Assembly (NCBI GenBank): GCA_964016885.1
Contig: OZ024742.1
Coordinates: 240,250,001-240,314,000 of the forward strand
From: Eledone cirrhosa
Lineage: Eukaryota
Length of the DNA: 64,000 nucleotides
Direction of reading: 5' to 3'
Shown: one piece after another, positions 1 to 15,088 of the stretch
How positions within the stretch are numbered: the first letter of the stretch is position 1
Layout: the number at the start of each line of letters is the position of its first letter
Notes under the pieces: model-generated
What the model saw: the letters and a program-made list of their open reading frames with translations, nothing else
The model's database searches: none
Told to the model about the DNA's origin: nothing
Program-made: the position numbers and the translations under genes

Positions 1-217
1 AGAGAAACCCTCGAAAATTTATCGCTAATACAGCAGGGAAAATTTAACGCTAATACAGCAGGGAACATCATAATATTTAACGACATGAAAAAGCTACTAA
101 GAGAAACCCTCGAAAATTTATCGCTAATACAGCAGGGAAAATTTAACGCTAATACAGCAGGGAACATCATAATATTAACGACAATATGTAGGCTAAAATA
201 CCTTCGTAGATTAGGTG
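1..217 (-). mobile_element. Inverted copy of the leader sequence found at ~5298-5430 (probable RTE 5' UTR), with an internal ~84 bp tandem duplication
   Basis: 85-213 is the reverse complement of ~5301-5429 (same MKKLLRETLENL pseudo-ORF); 1-84 is repeated at ~99-183. Confidence 0.7.
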
Positions 218-417
218 NNNNNNNNNNNNNNNNNNNNNNNNNNNNNNNNNNNNNNNNNNNNNNNNNNNNNNNNNNNNNNNNNNNNNNNNNNNNNNNNNNN
301 NNNNNNNNNNNNNNNNNNNNNNNNNNNNNNNNNNNNNNNNNNNNNNNNNNNNNNNNNNNNNNNNNNNNNNNNNNNNNNNNNNNNNNNNNNNNNNNNNNNN
401 NNNNNNNNNNNNNNNNN
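218..417. other. Assembly gap (200 N)
   Basis: Run of N. Confidence 1.
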
Positions 418-427
418 CACCTCCTAC

Positions 428-1570
<1,143 letters not shown>

Positions 1571-2162
1571 GATCAGATTAGCATGGGAGGAGGGTGTTCG
1601 AGGCCATAGTATCTAGAATAAGGACGGTTGGAAGAAGTTTAGGGAGCTGCTTCCTCTGTTGACGAAGAAGGGTTTCTCCCTGCGTATGAAAGGCCGGTTG
1701 TATGATGCCTGTGTGAGGAGCGCGATGCTGCATGGTAGTGAGACATGGGCAGCAACCGCAGAGGATATGCGACGGCTGGAGAGAAATGAGGCAAGCATGC
1801 TCCGTTGGATGTGCAGTGTAAAATGTGCGTGAACGACCCAGCATAAATGTGTTGAGAGAGAAACTGTGTCTGAGAGGGATAGAATGTAGTGTACGGGAGA
1901 GGAGACTGAGGTGGTATGGACATGTGATGCGCATGGAGGATGGGTGAAGAAGTGCCAGGAAATGCCAGTTGAGGGAAGACGTGGTAGAGGTAGACCACGA
2001 AAAACATGGCGGAGGTGGTGAGAACAGACCTCAGATCATTGAAGCTCACGGTGGAGATGACGAGGGACCGTGACGAGTGGAGAGATGCTGTGCTGAATAA
2101 GACCCGTCCCACCCTTGCAAGCAGGGAAAAGCAGACGTAAAATGATGATGATGATGATGATG

Positions 2163-2164
<2 letters not shown>
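1571..2164 (+). mobile_element. 5'-truncated RTE LINE 3' fragment
   Basis: Frameshifted KKFRELLPLL..MKGRLYDACVRSAMLHGSETWA..ERRLRWYGHVMRM; (GAT)n tail. Confidence 0.9.
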
Positions 2165-2202
<38 letters not shown>

Positions 2203-2207
2203 TATAT

Positions 2208-2688
2208 ATGAGGGTGTTAAAGTTTGCTTGAAGCATTGTGAAATGTGTAAAATACGTAGTTTAGAAAGCCACAACAATGCAGAGGAAATCTCGAGGTAGG
2301 AAGTGAATGATAGATAAGAGAAATAGGAGAAAGTGAAAATAGAGAGAGACAAAGATGAAAACAAAACAAAAGTAGAAGGGTTACCGTAGTGGAGATTTAA
2401 TCCCAATATTTCGGGCTCACGCCCATCAACGGGGGAAAGTTCCAAAGGAGTTTTAACGACATCACAACTTTCTCCGCTTAGCCTGTTCCCCCCCTCTGGA
2501 ACTTTCCCCCGTTGATGGGCGTGAACCCGAAATATTGGGGATTAAATCTCCACTACGGTAACCCTTCTACCTTTGTTTTGTTTTCATCTTTGTCTCTCTC
2601 TATTTTCACTTCTCCTATTTCTCTTATCTATCATTCACTTCCTACCTCGAGATTTCCCTCTGCATTGTTGTGGCTTTTCTAAACTACG

Positions 2689-2695
<7 letters not shown>
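2208..2695. mobile_element. Asymmetric foldback module in (TA)n (arms 2248-2444 and 2497-2695; ~40 nt tail at 2208-2247); PLE-end-like
   Basis: ~197 bp near-perfect inverted repeat with a 52 nt spacer; arms carry a hammerhead-like TCCCC-GTTGAT-GGGCGTGA(A/G)CCC-GAAA-TATT-GGGGA with a non-canonical core. Confidence 0.7.
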
Positions 2696-2746
<51 letters not shown>

Positions 2747-2784
2747 ATAAATATATATATATATATATAATAATATATATATAT

Positions 2785-2819
<35 letters not shown>

Positions 2820-2950
2820 AATATATATATATATAAATATATATATATATAAATATATATATATATAAATATATATATATATAAATATATATATATATAA
2901 ATATATATATATATAAATATATATATATATAAATATATATATATATAAAT

Positions 2951-2987
<37 letters not shown>

Positions 2988-3000
2988 AATATATATATAT

Positions 3001-3370
3001 CATCATCATCATCATCACCGTTTTACGTCCGTTCTTCCACGCTAGCATGGGTTAGACGGGTTGTCCTGTTGTGGGCAGTGTCTGGTCGGCTGACCATGCC
3101 TTGCTCATACAGGAACTGATCGGCTTGATTTCTACAGGCTGGATGCCCTTCCTAACACCAACCTCATTTACAGTGAGTGCTGGGTGCTTTTTCGTGGCGC
3201 CTACACGTCCACTTTACAGTGTGGGCTGGGTGCTTTTTTGCCGTGGCACCTCCACGGCCACCTTGCGGTGGGGGGGGGGGGCATATTGTTTATATGCTTC
3301 AGCATGTACCCATGGGAGGTCGGGTACCCTGTATTACTGCGTGACGCCAGAAGTCACGGTCGTGTGTCAT
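3001..3370 (-). mobile_element. RTE 3' end, inverted near-identical copy of ~8790-9156
   Basis: [22 protein letters not shown] plus the shared 3' UTR and (GAT)n tail. Confidence 0.9.
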
Positions 3371-3405
3371 ATAAATATATATATATATATATATAATAAA
3401 TATAT

Positions 3406-3512
<107 letters not shown>

Positions 3513-3527
3513 AATATATATATATAT

Positions 3528-4671
3528 AATGACAGATGCGATATCACCCTGCTTCGTTGATGTCCTATCGACACCAAAGTTCAACGTTTGGGTATCACAC
3601 CAAACCGGAGTACTGTGATCCTTGTGACTTCCAAATATACAACCACTGACACTGTCACGAAGACCAGGAAACCATACTCCATATATTGAACCAATTGATT
3701 GATTTGTGCGAAACAAATAACACCAAACACATATTGAACTAGGAATATTGGATCCTCGGTCAATGTCCGGGTGAGCAAAAATTGACTTCTATCTGCATTG
3801 GAATTTACAAACTTGTGCATCTGCTGTGGTGTCAAAAACAAACGCACATGACCGCACAGATAAACAATGGACCATGCCACGTGGCTTGAACCCGTAAGTG
3901 AATTGAAGGTTCTGAAACTCTGATACACATATTGTTTATTATTTATTATTAAGATGTATAACCGGACACAACTGTTATCATCCTATATTCTCTCAACGAA
4001 TCACACTTGATCATATTTCTCTATCCTGTTTTCTCCCCCCATAATTATTATATTTTATTATTTTTTATTATTGTTTGAAAAAAATCGTTTTTTTTACATT
4101 GTGTTTTCCCCTCCAAATATTCGCTTATATTTCCTTATATATTTTTTATCTTTATTATTATTTCCACTTTTATCCTCCTTTATATTTTACCTTATTCTTA
4201 CCTTTATACCTTATTATAGTGTAATCTTCCCATGCCTTATTATACACTATTAATTATAGATTATTATTATTACTCTTTTTCCATTTCTAATTACCTCATG
4301 TACCTTCTCCTCCGCTATATGTATATATGTATTCTACGCCCTTTGTGTTTGTGTAGCCTCTGCGCACCCTCTGCACCATACTATCCACGCCACCCCATCT
4401 ATGGTTCAGCTAACCATCCGACCCCCGATGACCGCAGCTAGTAAACAAGGACCAACACCCCACCCTCTCGCACCAAAATTAGACTTATCGTCCCCTACTT
4501 TTGCTCTTTACTCTCTTTACTCTTTGTTCTTGGGTGTTTGGTTGGTAGAGTCCATAACACCAATCAAACCCCTTTTATAGCTCTGATGAATCCTACGGTT
4601 ACACGTAAGGAAGAAACATTGTTAGCCAATAAAAATCTTTTGATGTTGTAGACGCTCTTGTGTTCTTTTCA
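3528..4671 (+). mobile_element. Non-autonomous (TA)n-flanked element ending in a hammerhead ribozyme; 5' part resembles a decayed L1/Tx1-type ORF2 C-terminus
   Basis: Bounded by TA arrays on both sides; a stop-interrupted frame reads H*HCHEDQETILHIL...WILG...IYKLVHLLW; hammerhead at 4580-4626 followed by AATAAA and a short tail. Confidence 0.5.
4580..4626 (+). ncRNA. Type I hammerhead ribozyme (minimal, PLE-type)
   Basis: GCT-CTGATGA-[(a)tcctacg gttaca cgtaagga(a)]-GAAA-cattg-TT-AGC; stem I GCT/AGC, extendable with a mismatch; predicted GUU cleavage triplet. Confidence 0.7.
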
Positions 4672-4676
4672 TATAT

Positions 4677-4847
<171 letters not shown>

Positions 4848-4932
4848 ATATAATATATATATAAATATATATATATATAAATATATAAATATATATATAT
4901 ATATATAAATAAATATATATATATATATATAA

Positions 4933-4963
<31 letters not shown>

Positions 4964-5011
4964 AATATAATATAAATATATATATATATATATAAATATA
5001 TATATATATAT

Positions 5012-5122
5012 GCACTTCTATGCACTTCTTTAGGCTTACTACCCTGTCTTTATATATATATATATATAAAATATATATATATATGCACTTCTTTAAGGCT
5101 TACTACCCTGTCTTATATATAT

Positions 5123-5154
<32 letters not shown>

Positions 5155-5194
5155 GCACTTCTATGCACTTCTTTAAGGCTTACTACCCTGTCTT
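5012..5194 (+). repeat. Three copies of a 30-40 nt element terminus separated by (TA)n
   Basis: (gcacttctat)gcacttcttt(a)aggcttactaccctgtctt at 5012-5050, 5085-5114 and 5155-5194. Confidence 0.9.
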
Positions 5195-8100
5195 TAACCT
5201 AATTCATTCAATCTGAAATATGAAGAGATAAGACACTTTCCCATTCTTCTCTGCTAAAATGTATCACTAGAGCTGATTCCAATTTTTCCAGCCATCCATC
5301 TAATCTACGAAGGTATTTTAGCCTACATATTGTCGTTAATATTATGATGTTCCCTGCTGTATTAGCGTTAAATTTTCCCTGCTGTATTAGCGATAAATTT
5401 TCGAGGGTTTCTCTTAGTAGTTTTTTCATGACATTATTATTGTTAATTTTACTGATGTAGTATTAACTTGGATATTTACCATGCGACCCTCAGTTCCTAC
5501 CTCACAATTTCCCTCCCCCCCCCACCCCCACACACCACCATAGTCTATTCGACCAATCAAACCTAGCATGCCATTTCCACTGCTGCTGCTACTACCTGCC
5601 TAACTAACTCTCTCCTCCTCTGGCGCATCCCAACACACCCTGCCATTACCCCACCACCACTGTTCTTCTAGCCCTCAATTTTCCCACCGTTATGGATGGA
5701 TGAGCTGGGAATACACGAGCAACTCTGAATCAATAGATGAAATATGAATCTGCGAGCTACCAAGCACCCACGTGAAGCGCCAACCCAGAGACCCTCCCCT
5801 ACGAGTGTCGACAAATGCCCAAAACTCCGAGTTGGTACCATCAATGTAGGCTCAATGAAAGGAAGAGCAGGAGAAATCGTAGAAATGCTAGAGCGAAAGG
5901 AAGTTGATGTATGCTGTGTGCAAGAGACTAGATGGAGAGGAGGGTCTGCTAGAGTCCTTGTAGGAAAAAGCCAGTGCTACAAATTTTTCTGGGTGGGAAA
6001 TGACGATGGGATGGGTGGTGTAGGTATACTATTAGCTGACAAGTGGGTAGATAAAGTAATCTCAGTGTACAGGGTAAATGCAAGAATCATTAAACTCAGA
6101 CTAGTCCTGAATAAGACAATTACCACAATAATATCAGCTTACGCACCCCAATCGGGGCTGCCAGACGAACTTAAGGATAGGTTTTACGAGTCCCTAATAC
6201 ACACTACTGCTCTAACAGACGACAAGGACTTCCTAATCATTGCAGGAGATTTTAACGGACACGTAGGTAAACACTGCGACGGCTTCAATAGAGTACATGG
6301 AGGCCATGGAGTTGGCACAAGGAATGAGGAAGGATTCAGACTTCTAGAATTCTGCGACGCCAATGACATGTCGATATGTAACACAAACTTTAAAAAACCC
6401 GACAACCACCTGATCACCTATAGATCAGGGGAGCACTCTAGTCAGTTAGATTTTATCCTCATCAGAGGACGTGACAGATGGACGGTCGTAAACACAAAAG
6501 CCTTCCCTAGTGAGGAATGTACATCCCAACATAGCTTAGTTGTCAGCGACCTCACGGTCAGAACTAGACGAGCCCTGAAACAGAGGCCAACCTGGAGAAG
6601 AAAGATCTGGAAGCTGAAAGTCCCCTCAACCAGTAACAGATTTAAAGATATTTTACTCAACGCCTACGACAGTAAAGAAGAACAGATAGAGACATTTAAC
6701 GTAGAAGAGAACTGGGAGTTCCTAAAAAATAACTTACTAGAGGCGACGGATGAGGTTTGTGGCTGGAGTAAGACCTCAAGCAGGAGGAGAGTGACTTGGT
6801 GGTGGAACAATAAGGTAGATGAAGCAGTCAAGGCCAAGAGACAGGCATGGAAAGAATGGAAGAACGGGGGGAGCAGGGTACATTACATAGAGACCAAGAG
6901 GGAAGCTAGGCGACAAGTATACTTAGCTAGGAGGGAAGCAGAGGATAGAAAATTCAAGCATGTTTTACAACGTGAGGACCAGAAACAGGAGGTATTCAAG
7001 ATTGCGAGGCAGTGTGTCAGAGATAGTTGTGATGTCATTGGAGAGAAGTGTATCCGGAATGATAAAGGTGAGCTTGCCCTCACAAGTGCTGAGAAGAAAG
7101 ATGCATGGAAGAGTCATTATGATAGATTACTAAATGAGGAGAATGCATGGGAAGAAGAGACCCTACCCCACGTAGACCCTATAGAGGGACCAGCAGTACA
7201 AGTCAGCGGCAGCGTAGTAAGTAAGGCAATCAGAGATATGAAGATAGGGAAGGCAACCGGTCCATCGGGTATAGCTGCCGAGATGCTGAAGGCATCTGGG
7301 TCTGTAGGTCACACTATAACCACACGTATCGTTAACCAGGTAATACTAGAGGGGGCCATACCAAAAGATTGGTGCAGTAGCATCATTGTCAACTGCTACA
7401 AAGGTAAAGGCGATGCACTAGATAGAGGAAACTATAGAGGTATAAAGTTGATGGACCAGGTCATGAAAGTAACAGAAAGAGTTATAGCACAGCTGATTAG
7501 GGACCGGGTGAATATAGACGAGATGCAATTTGGGTTTGTACCAGGGAAAGGCACCACTGATGCCCTCTTCCTTGTGAGGCAATTACAGGAAAAGTACCTA
7601 GCTAAAAGTAAGCCACTCTACTTGGCATTTGTCGACCTTGAGAAAGCCTTTGACAGAGTTCCACGTGCAGTAATCTGGTGGGCTCTTAGAAAACTAGGAG
7701 TAGATGAATGGCTTGTGAAAGCGGTACAAGCCATGTATAGGGGAGCAGTCAGCAAAGTTAGGATTGGCAATGAGTATAGCGAGGAATTTAGCGTACAGGT
7801 TGGGGTCCACCAGGGCTCTGTTCTTAGCCCTCTCCTGTTCATCATAGTCCTGCAGGCAATAACGGAGGAGTTTAAGACCGGATGCCCATGGGAACTCCTG
7901 TATGCTGATGACCTCGCACTCATAGCTGAATCTATGGTAGAACTAGAGAATAAATTCAAAACCTGGAAGCAGGGACTAGAGAGAAAGGGCCTCAAAGTCA
8001 ACATGACAAAGACTAAGGTCCTTATAAGTAGACGAGAAAACAGAACCCAGATCCCCTCAGGGAAATGGCCTTGCTGAGTATGTAGGAAAGGTGTAGGTAG

Positions 8101-9156
8101 GAACTCCATTCTCTGCCCCAAATGCAAACAATGGGTACACAAGAGATGTAGCGGGATCTCAGGAAGCTTAATTAAGAATGTAGGATTCACATGCAGCAGC
8201 TGTGCTGAAACAGCAAGCAAACAGCCACAGGAAAGAAGTACCACCAATCTCTGGGAGGGCCCTGTAGAAACAGTAGACAGCTTCTGCTACCTAGGTGACC
8301 GAATTAGCAACGGAGGTGGGTGCTCAGAAAGTACAATAACTAGGGTAAGAACGGGATGGAAGAAGTTTAGGGAACTACTACCACTGCTAGCTGCAAAAGG
8401 CTTCTCCCTCAGAATGAAAGGCAGACTGTATGATGCGTGTATCCGAACAGCGATGTTGCATGGTAGTGAGACCTGGGCGCTGAAGGTGGAAGACTTACGT
8501 AGATTAGAGAGAAACGAAGCCTGCATGCTCCGATGGATGTGTAACAGTAATATACGTGAACGACAAAGCATAAAGGAATTGAGAGAGAGACTGAGCATAA
8601 GAGGAATCAAATGCTGCGTGCAGGAGAGGCGATTACGCTGGTATGGACATGTGATGCGTATGAAGGATGACAGCTGCATAAAAAGGTGCAGAGCACTAGA
8701 AGTTGATGGAAACCGCGGAGTGGGGAGACCCAAGATGACTTGGGATGAGGTGATAAAAGCCGACCTTACCCAACTACACCTGTCAAAGACAATGACACAC
8801 GACCGTGACTTCTGGCGTCACGCAGTAATACATGGTACCCGACCTCCCATGGGTACATGCTGAAGCATATAAACACTATGCCCCCCACTCCCTCCACCGC
8901 AAGGTGGTCGTGGAGGTGCCACGGCAAAAAAGCACCCAGCCCACACTGTAAAGTGGACGTGTAGGCGCCACGAAAAAGCACCCAGCACTCACTGTAAATG
9001 AGGTTGGTGTTAGGAAGGGCATCCAGCTGTAGAAATCAAGCCAGATCAGTTCCTGTATGAGCAAGGCATGGACAGCCGACCAGACACTGCCCACAACAGG
9101 ACAACCCGTCTAACCCATGCTAGCGTGGAAGAACGGACGTAAAACGGTGATGATGA
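5155..9156 (+). mobile_element. Near full-length RTE-clade LINE (5' leader, APE-RT-PHD-like ORF, 3' UTR, (GAT)n tail)
   Basis: ORF motifs as in the next feature; 3' UTR shared with many fragments in the window; ends ggacgtaaaacggtgatgatga then (TA)n; the 5' boundary is inferred. Confidence 0.9.
5744..8863 (+). pseudogene. RTE ORF (AP endonuclease + reverse transcriptase + Cys-rich PHD-like finger) broken by one in-frame TGA at 8075-8077
   Basis: GTINVGSM, VQETRW, SAYAPQ, AGDFNGHVG, SQHSLV (APE); FVDLEKAFDRV, GVHQGSVLSP, LLYADDL (RT); the frame continues VCRKGVGRNSILCPKC... into ORF 8414-8863. Confidence 0.93.
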
Positions 9157-10935
<1,779 letters not shown>

Positions 10936-10969
10936 TAAGATCAAAAGATGGTTAAAGGAGTTCCATGTA

Positions 10970-11036
10970 TTTTATTATGCGCATTTCAAAAACAAACATC
11001 ATCATGCAATAATATTTGTGTTTTCATCAGATAAAA
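10970..11036 (-). ncRNA. Type I hammerhead ribozyme at the PLE 3' end
   Basis: Minus strand TTTTAT-CTGATGA-[aaacacaaat...atgtttgttttt]-GAAA-TGCGCA-TA-ATAAAA; stem I TTTTAT/ATAAAA; palindromic stem III TGCGCA; AUA triplet. Confidence 0.8.
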
Positions 11037-11380
11037 CAGGAGAACATGATATGAAGGCTAAAAAACACTTGTGGATAGTGCAGTTTTAAATCAACATATG
11101 AAAAGTGGTTTTAGATTGATGTGTGATATTGGGAAAAATATTTTATTTAGAGAGGCGGGGGGGCGGGGTGGAAAGGATGAAAAAGGGGAGGAGATGAGAG
11201 TGAAGGTGGAGAGGGAGAGATGGGTGATAGAGAGAAAGAGATAGTTTTTATAACTGAGAAAAGATATATTGTTTTACATAGAGAGGTTGAGAACCGTTGG
11301 AAGATAATGTATAAATTAAAAGAATTTGAAAATTAACGAAAGGAAAAGTATGTACGAGGAAAGATAGGGAGTTTATGTAT

Positions 11381-11843
11381 GAAGATAGAGAGAAAAAATA
11401 ATAATTGCGGATGAATATTCTAACGTCAAAAAAGTGAATGTTGATAAGTATTGTGGCAATTTCAAAATTAACGAAGAGAAAAAATTATTAAGGTTTGTGT
11501 GTAGAAGGATTTGAGAAAAATAATGTGAAGTTAAAGTTTGTATATTGAAGGAATTGATAATATGTGCGAAGAAAGAATTAATATGTATTAAAAAATTATT
11601 AAGGTTTGTGTATTAGATGATTTGAGAAAAATAATGTGAAGTTAAGGTTTGTATATTGAAGGAGTTGATAATATGTGCGAAGAAAGAGTTAATATGTATT
11701 AAGAATGAGTTCGTTGATGGGGAGAAAAAAAAAAAAAATAATAATAATAATAATAAATTAAGGATGAAATTGAGATTAAAAAGTTTTATGATAGAGAGAA
11801 AAAATAATAATAATTGCGGATGAATATTCTAACGTCAAAAAAA
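11381..11843. repeat. Internal duplications in the PLE 3' UTR
   Basis: ~110 bp tandem pair (~11480-11590 / 11591-11702); ~50 bp dispersed pair gatagagagaaaaaataat..taacgtcaaaaaa at ~11384 and ~11790. Confidence 0.85.
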
Positions 11844-12021
11844 CAAATGTATATGTTATGAAGGATTTTACAAGGTGAAGATAGAATGAGGGTAATGAGT
11901 AAACAAGTATTATAGAGTGTATAATGCCCTTTGAAGTAAGGTAGGAAGATGGGTATATTTTAAAGAGGTGTATGTATATGTGCCTTTGAGAAAAGATTCT
12001 AAATTGATAAAGAATTGAATA

Positions 12022-14406
12022 TTAGCTGTATACTTTGTGAAAAGTCCTATGGAATTTATGCAGGCAGATAGAAAACAAATCTGTACGTCTATTTATTATA
12101 GAATCTAGATTAGAGATAATGGTAAATTTTTCATTTAGGCAGAGATTACAGATTTTAGATAGAGAGCTGTTCAAGTATGTGAGGATGCAGAAGAAACCTT
12201 CTTCCAAAAGATGGTATATTTAATGTTTTTGTCTTTCAAGGACCATATGAGTTCCGCGAGAGCCGTGTTGGTTCTTTTAAGTTTGTATTTAAAAGATGAA
12301 TGGTGATTATAGAGACGAGCTTTAAAAGAGGTGGAAGTGGAGCCAAAATAGGTGAAGGAATTGGTGCTAGTTATAACTTTACATTCATAAATTAAGTTTT
12401 TATCAAGACAATGGTTGTTGAGAGGACATTTATTTTTAATGCGGCAGTTGCAATTAGAGAGATTATTAATGAGTGACCTAGTGTTATCTATAGAAGGAAT
12501 TGGATTGGAGAAGTTGTTTGCAATAGGAATAATAGGAATAATAGTTTCTTGATTTAGAGTTGGATTATGAACATTTAGCGAAGTTGTGTTTGACGTTGTA
12601 TTTGGGTTTACAGAAGTTAGCCTAGGGTTTACAATGACGTCGGGAGTACTATTACTATTATTATGAAATTCAATGTTGGAAGGAACATTTAGTATTTTAT
12701 TGTTGTGTTTAGAGATGATGTTGGAAATATTGGAGGATGTAGAATAAGAAAATTTGATGGTGTGTTTGTTAAATATTTTACTATAGATATGTAAGGGAGG
12801 GAAGCATTTATTTAAGGCACTAAAAAATAATTTAGGAATATTGTTATTAATAGAGATGGAGAAAGGAGCATTATACCAGATTATGTTTTTGTATCTAGGT
12901 CTTTTATTAAAATTATTGGAATGATCATGATTAATTATTCTACTGTAAGTTTTTCTAGAATTTGTTTCTTTACTATATTTGATTTTATCTGGATAGCCGG
13001 CTTTAGAAAGTGCGTTATTATAGTAATTGGCGTTAGCATCAAAGATGTTTTTATTAGAAGATATGTTAGATATTCTTTTTCCAATATTACTAACTATAGC
13101 ATTCTTGATATTGGTAGGATGGTTAGATTTAAAGTTAACATAATTTAGGTTCTCATTGTTTTTATGGTAAGGGTAATATAGGCCAGTGTCAAGATTAAGA
13201 GATACATCCAAGAAATTAGCTAGTTTGATACTATTATCAAATTCAATTTTTAGGTTATGTTGGTTAAAGAGATTACGTATATTGTTCTTAATAATATTAA
13301 GGTTAACTATATTGCAATTTAAGATAGTAAAGAGTCCATCGCCACGATAAATTCCACCGCGAAGTTGAGGAATTTTCCGACTCAAAGAGTTCAAAATAAA
13401 GATACCAATTAAATCAGTCAATTGGGATGAATCAGATGCTCCCATTGTGATGTCGAAGTTGTTAGAGGTATCGGCTCTGGTCCAATATTCGTTGTTGAAC
13501 TCTAGGATGGTTTTACGTGCGGTGAGGATGATGTGAAGTTCATCTGTGGTGATGTCAGAATATTTAAGTGCGAAAGATAGAGCATTATTGAGAAGTGAAG
13601 GCGAAATGGAGGAATAGTAGCTGGCAATATCAAATTGAATAAATTTTAGTTTGTTTTTATTATCCAATTTGTTGAACCAGCCAATCACTTCAGAAGTACC
13701 AAACCATAAATTTAGGTTCAAAGAAGAGCAATTAGAACTAACCTGTGGGATAATTCTATCCAAGATGGCTTTACTAACAACCCCCAGATCAGATTTAGAG
13801 GGGGCGATTAATCTAACAGGTAGTTCAGTGCGAAAATTGTTTTTGTGATCCTTGAGATTTATCCTCGGAGTTCTTGGGAGGAATGGTTCGGTCTTTTTTT
13901 CAATGCCAAGTTTTGACATAATCTCAGAGGCTTCAAGGTTTATGTATTCTAAATTTTGATGGTTGGTTTTACGATACTTTTTCCTAAGTTCCTTTAGGAT
14001 AAGGTTGTTATAATTATCCTTGGAAATACCATATAAGTTATTGGTTTTGTCAGAGTGGACTAAAACATTTTTTGAGGAATTTAGGTTAGAAATTGTGTAA
14101 GGGTATCTCTTGAATTTTGTAAGGGTATCTCTTGAATTTAAGATTTTTTATTATTTGAGTTAATTCTTCCTCGAATTGTACTAGATTTTTGTTGGAAGGA
14201 GGATTTCGTCTAGAAATAAATAGATGATCGAGGAAGTTATGTTCTTTGGTATGGAAGTTCCCTTTTAGGCGCTGGTCATAGAAATAGGCTGTCCATCTAA
14301 GTCTTCTTACGAAGGAGTCAGTTTTTTCAATAAGAAGTTTGGTGAATTCAGATTTACCAGGTATAGGAATGTCTTTAGTTGAATTGGTTATGTTGTAATA
14401 ATCCAT
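12022..14406 (-). pseudogene. PLE polyprotein (RT + CxCx5C linker + GIY-YIG endonuclease), two frameshifts and a catalytic-site lesion
   Basis: STKDIPIP..FVRRLRW N-terminus; HSDKTNNLY; QFDIASYYSSI (motif A); ITMGASDSSQLTDLIG (B); GIYRGDGL (C, expected YRDDG); NFLDV; CNCRIKNKCPLNNHC; LIYECK..YFGST..FKARLYNHHSSF; CNLCLNEK. A 22-bp tandem duplication at 14096-14139 causes frameshift 1; frameshift 2 is near 12180. Confidence 0.9.
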
Positions 14407-14484
14407 GTTGTAGAAGAAGAGGTAAAAGACCATCAAAAGGTATCCAATATGAGAGTAAGCGCTCAACCGTTAAGGAGCAAGTTA

Positions 14485-14619
14485 ATGTAGGAGGTGAGTT
14501 TTATTGTAGTACAATAAAGCAATGCAGATATCGGATAAGAAGCACTCTACAAACTGTAGAGTGCTTCTTATCCGATATCTGCATTGCTTTATTGTACTAC
14601 AATAAAACTCACCTCCTAC

Positions 14620-14621
<2 letters not shown>
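14485..14621. repeat. Perfect hairpin capping the PLE 5' end (67-bp arms, AAC loop)
   Basis: 14485-14551 is the exact reverse complement of 14555-14621. Confidence 0.95.
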
Positions 14622-14650
<29 letters not shown>

Positions 14651-14657
14651 AATATAA

Positions 14658-14714
<57 letters not shown>

Positions 14715-14748
14715 TGTAACTAATATATATATGTATATATAAATATAT

Positions 14749-14853
<105 letters not shown>

Positions 14854-14894
14854 AATATATATATATATGTAAATATATATACATATATAAATAT

Positions 14895-14945
<51 letters not shown>

Positions 14946-14955
14946 AATATATATA

Positions 14956-14987
<32 letters not shown>

Positions 14988-15025
14988 AATATATATAAAT
15001 ATATATATATATATAAATATATATA

Positions 15026-15059
<34 letters not shown>

Positions 15060-15088
15060 AATATATATAAATATATATATATAAATAT

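Larger units (their letters stand above)
10936..14621 (-). mobile_element. Full-length decayed Penelope-like retroelement (C-terminal GIY-YIG, Hydra-clade-like) inserted in (TA)n
   Basis: RT+EN ORF, ~1 kb AT-rich 3' UTR with a hammerhead near the 3' end, 67-bp-arm hairpin at the 5' end, TA arrays on both flanks. Confidence 0.88.

Noticed and set aside
2505-2540. Hammerhead call for the 2208-2695 arms and for a minus-strand motif near 17790-17830
   Set aside because: Cores (GTTGAT, CTGAAAT) do not match CUGANGA; recorded only as hammerhead-like.
5012-5194. Repeat-spacer pattern resembling a CRISPR array (also 41890-42245 and 53081-53420)
   Set aside because: Spacers are (TA)n or absent, the context is eukaryotic, there are no cas genes, and the units derive from retroelement sequence.
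8075-8077. In-frame TGA in the Cys-rich region of the RTE ORF as possible selenocysteine or readthrough
   Set aside because: It aligns with Ser (CSVC) in the intact paralogous ORF, not Cys; a TCA>TGA nonsense change is simpler, and I see no SECIS evidence.
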